DNA of 64,000 nt from the NCBI RefSeq assembly GCF_033153115.1, contig NW_026889751.1:2666001-2730000 (forward strand), read 5' to 3'. Source of the DNA: Saccostrea echinata. Its lineage: Eukaryota. Below, in pieces: positions 51,538-64,000 of the stretch. Under the pieces are notes generated by a model, which was given only the letters and a program-made list of their open reading frames with translations, searched no databases and was not told where the DNA came from. The translations under genes were made by a program, and so were the position numbers. How positions within the stretch are numbered: position 1 is the stretch's first letter; every line of letters begins with the position of its first letter.

Positions 51538-52959
51538 ATTATTAATTATTGGGTTCGCTTAGGTTTCCTCCCTAGGAATCACGCTCAAAATGTAAAATCA
51601 AAACAAACTTCAATATTATCAATGACACTAAAAGACCAACTGACTGAAATCCACTATATGTGCTTTTTCCTAGGTCCTATCTGGATAATGATTGGTGACT
51701 TAACAAACACGAACTATAACAAGAGAATCACCTTTAATCAAATCAATGGTCAAATCTATATCATTATATCTATAGCTGCAGACTGAGTTGTTTAACTAAC
51801 AATTCTGTTGTTTCCCGACACGGTCTGCAACTACATGTACCTAAAACACACCCTTTTAAAGCCATGATACAATTTAAAGTCGCCAAGACACAATCTTAAG
51901 TCACCAAACACAAGACATTGAGGAACTAAATCCCTGTGCTGTGTGGTCTAACTAACAATTTTGTTGTTTCCCGACACAGCCCAAGGACCTAGGACCTACT
52001 CAAGCAATGAGTAACAACCAAGTAAACAAGAACTAGAAGGGTGTCTGTATTTATATCTTTTATCCTATGCCTAATTACTACGGATTGGTAAATAACTGGT
52101 ATGCTCTGATTGGTTGTAATGTAAACGTTGATTGGCTATATATAAAATGATTCGATTTGATGGTCCCAAGCGCTTTTCAATCCACTTTACATTGTCTCTG
52201 AAATTCTCAGGCTTTTAAAATGTAACTTTATGCATTAATTATGCATTTTTCAATACAAATTACATTATGCATTACATTTTACATTTATATAATTCCTTAT
52301 GTAACGTTCTATCAGTTGAGGGCAAATATACATGTACTTCGAAGCACTGTTTTGAATGCCCTTAATGTTCATCGATACTCTGATAAGAGAGATAACTCTT
52401 AATGACATTAATGACTACAATTCCTTTATAGATTTGTCAAGTTGAAATTTCTTTGTTTAATTTTACCTCGCAAGCTATGGTGTAATTGTTTGTATTTCAC
52501 TTACAAAATGCAGTTCTTTCGGAAAAAACTTAAAAATGTTAAAGTAACATTTTACATGAGTGTGCAGAGGGTTTATGAACCTTAAACCAGTTGTCCTCTC
52601 AAGAAAAGAGATCATTAAACATTATCCATACATGATTGATTATTTTATAATGCTAAATACATGAGTGGATTGGTCAGTAGACACAATATATAAACCTCTC
52701 TTTAGTACAAGGTCATACAGATAAGACATCCAAAAGATAACAAAAACACATTAGAAATATGCTTACTTCATTTCCATATGTAACAGGCAAAACGTTTAAT
52801 TGAAAAATGAATTTCAAAATAGAATTTCCATCCAATGTTTTCTCAAACACCCGTGCCGAATTGTACCCGCCCTTTTCATTGTCTATCATCAAATGTTTTT
52901 GTCTGTAACAAGTAGAAACAATATTTCCAATCTTGCCAGTTAATGTTCCACCGTCTTAA

Positions 52960-55900
52960 GGTTTTGCCAAAGGTCAAGCTCCAAAACTATGTGAGGTATA
53001 CAGTTAAAACTTTTACAGTTTATAAATATATCATTGATTAACGGATAGAAAGTATCACTTAAAAACAAATATTTAAAAAAAATATTTTTTGAGAAAAAAA
53101 AAAATCAAAAAATTTGCATATTTTAAAAAAAATGCACCTGCTTAATTCTGTACTTTTGGTGAAAACCATCATTGCAGAAATAAGATATGTTTATCAATGA
53201 AGGGCAAGTTGGACGTGAATGGTCTCTGAAAGGCTGTTATTGAAAGCATGCCATGTATCAAGACAAGACCCCTATAAAATCCGCCATTTGCAATGTACTT
53301 TCGGTTTCAAATCTTAACATTTGGACAAAATAAACAGGGAAAACAACTTTCCAGAGGCTATCGAAGTCCAACTTGCCCTTCATTGATAAACTTATATTGT
53401 TTATGCAATAATGGCTTTCACCAAAAGTACGGAATTAATTAGGTGTATTTTTTTTTTAAAATATATGCATTTTTTTAAAAGAATTTTTCTCGATAAATAC
53501 TTTCTTTAAGTATTTGTTATCAAGTGTGTGGAAGAGAATTACCGCCAAAAGTCTATTTATCTTGCTTTTATTCTTATTCCGCCTACTTCTTTATTCTTTG
53601 TTATTATTGTAACTATATGTCACTTTATTGTTTTCATATTCGTCTTCATTACATTTTATTTGAACTTTTTTCATTCTTCATTTTGTCCTTACTTCTATGT
53701 TGCTTTATTCTTGTAAATTCGTTCTTTTTTCTTTTAAATTGATACAGTTTCTTTAATAAATTATTATGATCATCTCTATTACAAATGTAGATTCAGTCAC
53801 GCAAACCATGAAGCGCATTCAGCGAAGACGAATACAAGTATTGTGAATTTAATGCGGCATTATAACGCTAGGTGGCAGGGTGTTCGCTGCGTGTGTTGGT
53901 AAAATTAGGTACGCAAACCCGGGCCGGGGTTATTCGTGATTTTTCAATTTTCTGCCTTTATACTTTATCAATCGAACCCAAATTTAATGATGTATGTTAT
54001 AGGTTCAGGTATGTACCCGGTATCGTTCCCCCTGAAGGCTGGCTAGATGGTACAGTAAGACTTCCCCCGGAAGACTAGCTATATAGTGAGACTTCTCCAG
54101 GGGAAGTCTCACTATATAGCCAGTCTTCAGGGGGAAATTCTCACTATATAGTTAGTCTTATCTCCCTCATAGCGAAACTTCCCTCTTTAATTTAGTTTCC
54201 GAATATCTTTTTTTTTATTGTAAAACAATGTTTTTATACTAGTCTAACGTTTTCAGAGTTCGGATAAAAGTTCTCCGTCCTATATGAATGAATGAATAAA
54301 TATATGAATAAATAATTAAAGCATTTTAATAGTGATTTTTAATTATAATTAAAACATCTTAAACATGCATGTAAACATAGGTAAACTGCATGTTTCTACG
54401 GGTAATGACCTCTTTACTGTTAAACTAATTATATCTTTTTTCTTTTGATAAGAATCGTCTCTGAACAATATAATAATCTGCTGTGCACGATAAATTTAAT
54501 GCGCACTTTTATATTGATTCGTTTGAAACTATACATCTTTATTTTTGTTTGATATATAAGATCAGAACCTAATATGCAATATATACATCTTCGATGTAAA
54601 TCAAATCCAAACCAAACACGGTAGGGGAAGTCTCACTATATACCCATTGAACCCCCCCCCCCCGGAGGGGAAGTCTCACTATATAACCAGACTTCCGGGG
54701 GGGACTCACTATGGGGGAAGTCTCACTATATGACACCGGTAGGGGGGGGGGGGGCTGGCCACCAAACATTTTTCTAGCCATAACTTTTTACTACTGAAAA
54801 TGTTCAGTGAAAGTCTGGTTGCTCCCTCCGACTTTTTGTTGCAGTCTAGTCAAATAAGGGCCATGTACGTGGTGATGTATGAGTAAAATTTGGTACTGAA
54901 AGAAGTTGGACCCCCCTCCCCCCAAATAGAATTTTCGAGTTTGACGAAGTTTCCTCTTTCCTTCTTCTTTTTTTTTTTTTTTTTGCTTGTCAATATTTTA
55001 AGGTAAGTGTTTTTTTTTCTCTGGCTGCCCCTTTCAAAAACAATGCTACGTCTCTAGGTTTTATCTGTAATCGCTGTAAAAATTGCCAATATTTATATTC
55101 ATGTATTTATATTTTGAAAATCTCAATATTTTAGATTATTTTTGGTGATTTTTGATTTCCAATTTGCTAATATGGGTATATAGGCAATATCAAGCCGACA
55201 TTTTACGTATTTTTTGCCAAACGAGACATTGACAAAATGATTAGTTTAAACTTTATTTCATTTAAATTATACATCATATGTACACAATAAATAATACACA
55301 CAGGATTCGGAAACAAGTTGTTACAACTTATATTAATCCGTTTCCTTAAATTAACTTTCAACTATAAAAAGAACATTTGCCCTTGTTGACTGACAAGTGT
55401 AATAGGAACAATAACTGAAAAAATAAAGATGAAATGAAAGCAAAAATTTAACAAAAATGAAAAAAAAATAAAAATATAGAGAGAGATATCATAACATGGA
55501 TCAACATTAAAAGTAACTGAGTAATAAACAGTCATACAATGCAAAATTAACAATATCAACAATACGGCCACAAGTAAGATTCAAGTTACAAACCTTTTAG
55601 TAGCAGAAATAAATTGATGTACATGTTTAAAAATGTTTGTATTATAGGAATAATTTCTAGCTGGATCTCCAAATAAGAGAATGTTTAAAGTGACTGGTCC
55701 TAATGGGTCAATAAATTAAATAAAAAACAAAATGATTTTCTGAGTTATTCTGATGTCAAACACTGTGTGCTTACTAGAGATATTTATTTCTTTATTGAAA
55801 AGTGCTATTTCTGTACAAAAAATTAATACAGATTTTCATAAAACCGGAGGAAGTTTCTAGTATGCCCCGGTCTAGCCTGGTTCCGGCCACCCTACCCATG

Positions 55901-57131
55901 ACGTTCCGCACTACTTTGCAGAGCATTATGGGTTGGCCAAAACCAGACTAGCCCCGGTCCCCAGAATCACGCGACTGCGCATGAACAATTATTATCCTAA
56001 AATAAAGAAATGTGAGTTCAGTGGAAGAATATATAGGGGTCCTGAAAAACAACTCAATTTATAAGGGTATACTAGCAATTATCAAAATATTTAATATTTT
56101 TTATATCAATAAAACTGAAATTCAATCATCCAACAAATAACTTGAATAGAGTTATATTTTTCAGGTGATAGAAAATACACAATTATTTCGGAGTTTCCAT
56201 CATTGGTCCGGTTTTAATGACCCAGATTTTCTTAAAACGTGTTATTTAAAGCAACAAAAGCACATTTGAAAGAAGAAATGCTTATGAATAGTTAAAATAT
56301 AATGTTTAACATCAGAATAATTTATAAATTTATTAGCTTTTTGTTAAAACACACACACACACACCCTCACACACATACACACACACACACACACACCTAA
56401 AAATGTCAGTTTGATACTACCTTCCCATTTTACCAACTTGGAAATCAAATATCTTTGATAAAATCTAAAATATTGAGCATTTCGGGGCAATTTTACCGCG
56501 AATACAAATAAACCTATAACTAACATAACTTGAAAATTTGGGTTCGATTGATAAAGTATTAAGGCAGAAAATTGAAAAATCTCGAATAACCTCGGCCCGT
56601 GTTTGCGTACCTAATTTTACCAACACTCGCAGCGAACACCCTGCCACCTAGCGTTATAATGCCGCATTAAATTTACACTACTTGTATTCGTCTTCGTTGA
56701 ATGCGCTTCATGGTTTGCGTGACTGAATTTACATTTGTAATAGAGATGATCATAATTATTTATTAAAGAAACTGTATCAATTTAAAAGAAAGAAGAACGA
56801 ATTTACAAGAATAAAGCAACATAGAAGTAAGGACAAAATGAAGAATGAAAAAAGTTCAAAGTGAAATGTGATAAACATGATAAAGACGAATATGAAAACA
56901 ATGAAGTGACATATAGTTACAATAATAACAAAGAATAAAGAAGTAGGCAGAATAAGAATAAAAGCAAGATAAATAGACTTTTGGCGGTAATTCCCTTCCA
57001 TACAAGTGATACTTTCTTTCTGTTAATCAATGATATATTTATAAACTGTAAAAGTTTTAACTTTATAAACCACATAGTTTTGGAGCTATTGTAAAAATAA
57101 ATTTTTGGACATGTTGACCTTTGGCAAAACC
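52960..57131. mobile_element. TTAA-flanked (Kolobok-like) element with ~700-bp TIRs and nested insertions
   Basis: TTAA-GGTTTTGCCAAAGGTCAA ... TTGACCTTTGGCAAAACC-TTAA; 53525-54005 is mirrored by 56512-57002. Confidence 0.75.
55873..55950. mobile_element. 78-bp miniature element with 9-bp TSD
   Basis: tagcctggtt..aaccagacta flanked by gccccggtc on both sides. Confidence 0.8.
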
Positions 57132-57399
57132 TTAAAATTTTGTCTCTTTACAAAATAGGTTTCAAGGATAAAGGGAATGATAATTACAAATTAAATTTTT
57201 AAACTTTCTTTAAGTGTTTGTTTTTGCACAGAATATATTTTGGACAGTTCATGAAAAAAGTGAATTGCATGACACTATTTCCACACATGTCGACGTCACA
57301 CCTTTGGTTTTCCCTGAAAATGATGAAAAAATAGATTACTAGCATTATTTCTTGACTGAAAATGTAAAATATTTGTTTCCACAGTTGAAATATTTTTTG

Positions 57400-59800
57400 A
57401 AGTTTTAGGAAGTATATGTTTAAATTAAATGGCAATCTTAAATGATTAAAGCGTAGGAAAACTTAGTAAATAGTTCTAGTCTAATACTAGTAGTTGAAGG
57501 GAGAAAACTATTCATGTATGAAGTTGTTCTGGCTTGTGAAATATATGAGTGTCCTGGTTCCAGAATGGAACAGAATTGTATGGTATAAAACACAGCTTAA
57601 GTAAGTCTTGCAAGTACTGAGGAGCTAATCCATGGACTATTTTATCAAATAATACGTTTATGTATTTTTCTTCTAATTTCCAAGGTATCCTATCAAAGCT
57701 CTTCCTTTAGCATTGATGTTGATGAATTTATCATTTGCGCAGCTGCAACTTGAACATCTTCCAAGTAATTTCGCATCTCTGTCTGAACATCAATTATCCC
57801 AAACAATTAATATCTGAGAATTCAAGATGAGAACGGACAAAAGCAAAATAAATTTCAATCAATGACTCCCTCTTAAGGGTACAGTGTATGCTTTAACATT
57901 CTTAAGATATTTCATCAGGTACATGCTTTAACATGAAAATCAAATTAAATATGTGAGTTCTCCACCTACCATTCTGTTGAAATCTTATTCCCAAATGAGT
58001 ATGTGTGTTTCAACATTTTGAATTGTTGGTCCATCTTCACCAAATTTAACATTGGGATGATATATAATTTCCTTGCTAAAATGTAACTTAACTGTTTTAT
58101 TTGGATTGAAATCTACTGCCAAGGCAGCACTGCTTGATTTTTTTTACAGGATTCTTGGTTAATATATTTGTAGAATTAGTCATGCCATCATCAACTATTA
58201 CATAAAGAGACGTCTGCAAAAAGTACGGAAGCCGGTTGGTGCCAGGTAGAAAAAATATTTTATCTGGCTATACCTCAACACATTTTGTTTACGTCATGAG
58301 TGCACAGATTCATCATCAGTCGAAGCAGAAGTTTTCACACACATAGACAATGTGAGTTTGCTACATGTTTCTGCTGTGAGATTTGTTATATTTTCAGATC
58401 ATGATTGAATTAATCGGACTGACGTATATAACTGGTTCCAACTTCCGCCCACCGTCATGGCCGTTCCTATGCGCGTCCACCACATTTAGAGACACATAGT
58501 GGATGCGGCTTTCAGGCTTACCAGTAGGCTCAATTAATGGACTTGCTTGATATATATCTGATTATTTTGTTTGAAACTCAATTATTATGCTGTGAACATC
58601 TGTTCCCAGGGTTCACCGATGGCATTTTAAGGGATGCCATATATGGCTATATATTGATGCCTCGGCTCCCTCATTTTAAGCGGCCATGGCCCATTCAGCC
58701 AAATAAAAACAAATTCAGTCTTATATTTTCTTGTTATATTTACTTGTTGAATTTACTGGGTATACTGACACTCCGATCCCCTTTAACTTTCATCTTTGAT
58801 AGGTTTGAATATACTTTTCCTAAAATGCATATAACCGAAGTTATTGATATTGGCCGACAATAGTTTACACCATTATCGTATTTTTAAAAATGTGAGTAAT
58901 TTGTAATTTTTTTTCCAAATTTCTAAAAGTTGACCAAGTGTAAAGCAAAAATTGAAGAGTTGGTTACTATTTTTTGTTTATAAGTGGAGACAATTATATA
59001 ATCTGGACCTGGAGATTTGGTTAGGCCTATGTTTATTACTTGAAGCTGATCCAATACTTCTTGTTCTGTAATCATAAAGTCATTAAATAAGTAATTTTAT
59101 GGTGGCCCTGGTCCACGTAATGGCACTTCTGGATCATTACATATGGATGATACTCCAGTAATGTCTTCATTTAGCAGGTTAGCGTTATCAACAAAGATTT
59201 TACAATTTTCGCACTTTTCTAGGAGGTATGGATGTAAATATTTGGTTTCAAAGATTGTGCCTATTTCATAAGACCCTAATTCCAGCAATGACGTTGTTTA
59301 CTAAGTGAGGACACTGTTTCCAGTGATAAACGTTTTGAGTCTTTACAGCTTTATGCACATACAATTTATATTTTCTAATATTGTTCATAACTAAACACGG
59401 TTATAGTTTTGGTTGGGATATGTTCTCTGTGCTTGTTTTATGTTTACAAAGTTTGCATTTATTCAATCGGTTGATTCCGCTACGCTCCATACAAACCTCG
59501 GATGTGATTGGTGGAAGAATATGCATCAAATCGATGCATTTCTCAGATGGAATTGCCTTTTAACTCATTTCGTATTTCGCTCAGCATTAGGTTCACCGAA
59601 ATAGTTTTCTCATTCTTTTCACATTCTTTCTTGTATATTGGTTTTGATTACAACCACCTGTTGGTAGGCTTTGAAAGCGGAAACATAGTGTTGAGCGTGC
59701 CACAAAGAAACTTGGATTTCAAAGGAATAATATTTGGAGGAATTTTGAATTGGATCACATGATGGTAGAGCCCCGTTCACGTCCGAGGTTAGTGAGCGAG
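57400..59800 (-). mobile_element. decayed CR1/L2-type LINE, interrupted at ~58226-58786
   Basis: Remnants ITEQEVLDQLQ..KSPGPD, NYCRPISITSVIC, LFAD.SLYV, WAVDFNPNKT, HLGIRFQQNGRWRTHI, FVRSHLEF. Confidence 0.8.
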
Positions 59801-61279
59801 GCACGAGCCACCCGAGGAGCTCCGAGTGTCATTTATGTTTTGAGGGCTGAAGACCACTTCATTCCAATTTGTAGTTTCATTCATCATTAAGATTCTCAAA
59901 TTAGCATTTTTGCAGTATTGTCTTAAAAATACATAATTCTTTATATCGATTTCTACTTTAATTTGGGGAACGGTGATTCCATGGCTACTACTACAACAGA
60001 TTTATCTGTCTTTAATACTGTAGTTACTTTTCAGACAGTTGCAATCTGAATGTAACACATCATGGTACATAAGTTGACTACTTATTACATTAAGATTCAC
60101 ATCTTCGTGTATATATTTTTTATAGCTTCAAATAATGGTGTTATCATGGTTACTTAAAATGAAAAGAAAATGTTATTTATTTCCAAGCCTCATTTTTCTG
60201 AAAGAGATGGTAGATTCTTCAGTAATATTTCAATAAAACTACATACAAAAAATAGACTACATGAAGATAAACAATTCTGTTCACGGCTTTTTATTTCATT
60301 AAGCCGAGAAAAATACCATGGTTACACAAAGATAGTGGAAAATTAAAATCCAAACATCGATTTAGGAAAAAATAGAGCAAGGACCCACTGAACATTTAAA
60401 TGCGCTTCTTGACAGATCCTCCAAATTTTTGGTTAAAAAATTACTTGTGTATCTAGCTTTTTGATTGGTAATAATTAACCGCTTGGGTTCCATCCCCTCA
60501 AACACGCTGCTTATGCATTGTCAATCAAAAAAAATTTTTGGTACAATTTTATACATTGTTATCGATTATAGTAAAACATTGCTCTAATCTGTATCATTTT
60601 CCAATGAGAGTTATACAACTGAAATACGATTGAAGCTAGAGACATTTTCCATTTAACCCCTCACCTTTCCCTCTTCTTTCCACCTTTTTAGTAAGTTCAC
60701 AAATTGAGCTAATGGATGTCTGCATAATTTTAGAATTATATCTCTCAAGTGTTGTTTTTTCTTGGGGGGGGGGGGGGGGGGGAGGTGAATGGGATAAACT
60801 TTGAGGTATTGCATTTTTCATATGGTACACTAGTACTTTAAACAAAAAGTTGTTAATCTAGGTCAAGTTTTCGGGATTCCGATCCATTCCGACGTAATTA
60901 TAACCCTTTCATGGCTGAAAATTCTGTTACTTATGTCATAATATAACCTGAAGAATTGCAATAAAAAGTTATCATCAATGTCAACAATCATACACACAGT
61001 TGGACAAGAAAGATTCGGAGTTAATAACACCAAATGGAGAGGAGAAGGCAAACTAAGCACAAGTAAACCTAACCGGTGACATCAAGGAATTCAGACACTG
61101 AGAGCAGAAATAAATACTGTGACAAAGCAACCTTCAAATGACAGAAGGAATTAGAAAAGCCAGAGAAGAAAGAGGGAAACAGAAAGCAGAGTTTGTTGCC
61201 AATCCATACAAGTTTACAAAAACAGCAGTGGATGGCACGAAGGAAGGCTCTGTGCAAAGCTCAAAGGATGCACTTGATT

Positions 61280-61620
61280 AATTGATTGATTGTATGTTGT
61301 TTTACGTCCCATTCGAGAATTTTTAATTTGATATAGAGACGACAACATATACCGGTGAAGGGCTTCAAATATTGACCTTTACTCGGCACTCAGGGCCATT
61401 GAGCAGTGAGTGATCTTTATCGTACCAACGCCTGCCGCGACACGAGGCCTCGGTTTTTAAGGTCTCATCCGAAGGACCCGCAAATTTCACTTCAAAGTGC
61501 CGAGCGCATGGCGAAGGAACAGTTGCTACCCATTTTTTATCGACTTAGGTCTGTCGCGGCCGAGATTCGAACTCACGACCTCCTGATCACGGAGCGAGCG
61601 CTCTACCGACTGAGCGGTAG
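61280..61620 (-). mobile_element. V-domain SINE, second subfamily
   Basis: Similar core to 46588-46887; head cagtcggtagagcg..gttcgaatc; (tgat)n tail. Confidence 0.8.
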
Positions 61621-62851
61621 AAAGATCATCTAGCAGATACACACAGTGATAAAAGGATATGGAAACACACAGAAAACTGTGGAAGAATAGAGAGTGTCAG
61701 AACCAGTTGTACCGTAGAATATAAAAGAACCATCATGGAAAAAGTAACGGTGATGTAAAAAGCTAAATACATCTGGATGAGAATCAAACGGGATTCTATA
61801 CCAGGTTTATAGAAAGAGGGAGAGAGAGAGAGAAACTAGAGGCCCCAAAACATCTGATCAACCAACATCAGGCAACAACCAGGTAGAGATTATAAAATGA
61901 TAGCTATCATTACAGATACCCATGTTCATGGATATAAAATGCATTGGAAGAGAAAGTATCATGACCAAGAATGGCCTTCAAGTTCAAGAAATCACGATTT
62001 CTGATAATAAAGCAACAAAAGATCACACACCTAATGCAGCTTAAGGTGCAAAGAGAAATCATTTCGTCTATAATTGACAATTCCATCAAGAGCTTAGGAA
62101 AGTGGTTCGATGATTCATTAAGTGAAAGGAACAATATCAGGTAGATTGAACAACAGATGTGTGAGGGAATAAGACGGGTCAAGCAGGGAAGCTTAAGGCA
62201 TAGATATATTAACATGGATACCTGACAAGAATAGCGTGACCACTTATGTTTTACGACATGACTTTGTCAACAGTCGGGAAACTGAAAGATCAATCAATAA
62301 ACAACTTTAAAATGGTTAGGTGTTCCACCAAGTTTTTACATCCCTACGTACAACTGTATAGCAGGAGCACCAAGTTGCAGCAACTATTAAAATCAATATC
62401 ATTGAAGAATTAAAAGTTGAAAAAGCACGGTTTATAATGACTTTGGAAGAATCTAAAGATGAAAATAAGAGGAGTAGAAGTAAGAACAGGACAAGTTTTC
62501 ATCCTCCAAATCAGTTTCAGAAGCCATGAGTAGACAAGGCATGGCAGTAGGAAGGCAAGGTCTTGGAACATATATAGAAAGAAAAGCTGCTGCTAGAAAA
62601 TTGCTGAGACTAAAGAGCGACAATGTATGGTTGAAGGAGAGTTAACAAGCAGAGAAAAAAGCTGACAAATAAAGACATTTAAGTTATGGAGCCAGGGGGC
62701 GTGGTTAATGTAGGAAGTGGGCAACGACCCCTTACATGGACAAAATCCACATTTGCAACTACATTTATAGTTTATGATGTGTTACCAACATCAACAAGAC
62801 TGCATAGTTAAATTTGAACCTGTCAGAAATATCAGATTGCTCCTTGTGTGG

Positions 62852-63028
62852 TAGGCGTCGGAACCGGGGGGGGGGGGGCTGGGGGGAGCCTAGCCCCCCA
62901 CTTTTTTTGCAAAAATAGACATAATATAGGCATTGAAAATTGGGGCTTACCTTTTTTCGCTGGTTTAGCTCCCCCCCCCCCCACACACTTTCAATTAGCC
63001 CCCCCTTTCAATTTGCTTCCGACGCCTA
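62852..63028. mobile_element. hAT-like MITE
   Basis: taggcgtcggaa / ttccgacgccta TIRs; tgtgtgg duplicated on both flanks. Confidence 0.8.
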
Positions 63029-64000
63029 TGTGTGGAAACGCTACAACACATTCTCAGAGGATGGAGCATCGCTCTTTCACATGGTATGTATACTTGGGGA
63101 TACAATCAGAACCTCCGAAAATTAGCAGAAGTAGTGAATAGAAAGAGGAAAAAAGCAAGAATCTTAAGGAACAAGACTCTCAATATCCAGTTCATGAAGG
63201 AAGGGGAATCAAGTGACAAAAGAAAAAATGATGTCAGGAATATTACATAATATACCAAGTTACAGATTGGTAGCTAGAGGTAGATCTAGACAAGAAGATG
63301 CAGTTTCCTGACATTGATCTAATAAACTTAAGACTCTTAATGGTTCTCTGTCGCCAAAGAGTAAAAAGTTTGAGATAATAGAATTGACATTTCAGTAGAA
63401 AGAAATGTGTCAAAGCCAATGAAGGAAAGAGAAAATATAAAGATCTGAAGGCATGGTGCCGAGACAGAGGATAGCAGACATAGAACTTTCCTGTGAGGTT
63501 AATTGGGTGCAGAGGCTTTCATGCACAGTCAGTGTAGAAGTAGTTCTCCCTAATAGGATTCACTGACCCTTTGTACAAGAGTGGCAGTACAGAAAATGAG
63601 CCAAGAGGCAGAGAAGACATTATGTTGAATATGGATGAAGAGAGACAGCGGTAGCTGGAAACCCATCACCATGCATAGTGACTGATCACAACTGTGAACC
63701 CCCCCCCCCCCCCGTTTTGAGAGTTGTACAAAGTTAGGGGTCGAAACACAGGATATGAAATGGTCTCGGATGAGGAGGTGTTAGCAGTTATTTCATCAGT
63801 ATTGTATGTACGTAACCTGAGGAAAGTTTCATATGAAGTATTTATTCCGCATAGTAAACCCTCTCACTGAATCATGATTGGTTTAGATTATTAGTTAGGT
63901 AATCTAATTATAACATTTTGATAATTTATGAGTCGCAATGTAATCATGTGTAGTAGAAATTCCGGGTGAGAATTATTTTCTGTGCACGGAGGAATTTTTA

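Larger units (their letters stand above)
44803..52189 (-). mobile_element. decayed Ty3/Gypsy LTR retrotransposon
   Basis: LTRs at 44803-45489 and 51287-~52189; PBS 51265-51282; PPT GGAGGGCACGGGTAA at 45490-45504; domain order gag, PR, RT, RH, IN. Confidence 0.95.
60860..63800 (+). mobile_element. decayed RLE-type (Hero-like) non-LTR retrotransposon
   Basis: Remnants IKSLGKWFDDSL, KWLGVPPSF, LYSRSTKLQ, DCSLCG..TLQHIL (CCHC knuckle), MYTWGYNQNLRKLAE, DLDKKMQFPDI, EIIELT. Confidence 0.75.

Noticed and set aside
53524-57001. Duplicated small hydrophobic 'membrane protein' ORFs on opposite strands
   Set aside because: T-rich low-complexity translations of the two TIR arms, with no splice or codon support.
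58226-58786. Possible host-gene exon within the LINE
   Set aside because: Stops in the frames I read, and it is bounded on one side by a TTAA-GGGG end; more likely a DNA-transposon fragment.
63715-63780. Hammerhead-like motif (CGAAAC, GATGA) at the Hero-like 3' end
   Set aside because: No intact CUGANGA core or supporting stems could be drawn.

Overview
AT-rich, intron-containing, repeat-dense eukaryotic DNA. The repeat families suggest a bivalve mollusc, probably an oyster (inference). The window holds three real genes, which I rebuilt by hand from GT-AG junctions. Two are tandem + strand short-chain collagen genes (CDS 1309-3729, 293 aa; CDS 8056-14139, 280 aa). Both have a signal peptide, a coiled-coil-like propeptide, an R-X-K-R furin site, 62-63 uninterrupted Gly-X-Y triplets and an Ala-rich tail ending in Gly. 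The third is a 10-exon - strand PPAN/SSF1 gene (Brix-domain 60S biogenesis factor; CDS 42377-16196, 492 aa). The most interesting feature lies in PPAN intron 6: five copies of a box C/D snoRNA whose two guides are both antisense to the 28S rRNA GTPase-associated centre (H43 and H44). One copy has its 3' half amplified into a 16 x 62-bp array and its 5' half into 3 x 32-bp units. Several PPAN splice junctions are also tandemly duplicated. The remainder is transposon material: a decayed Gypsy LTR element with a tRNA-Leu PBS, a tRNA-in-LTR TRIM, V-type SINEs, Helentron-like elements carrying satellites, a TTAA-flanked element with ~700-bp TIRs, MITEs, and decayed CR1/L2-like and Hero-like LINEs. 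Most ORFs in the supplied track are spurious. rRNA and tRNA matches come from my recall of conserved sequences and need alignment to confirm.
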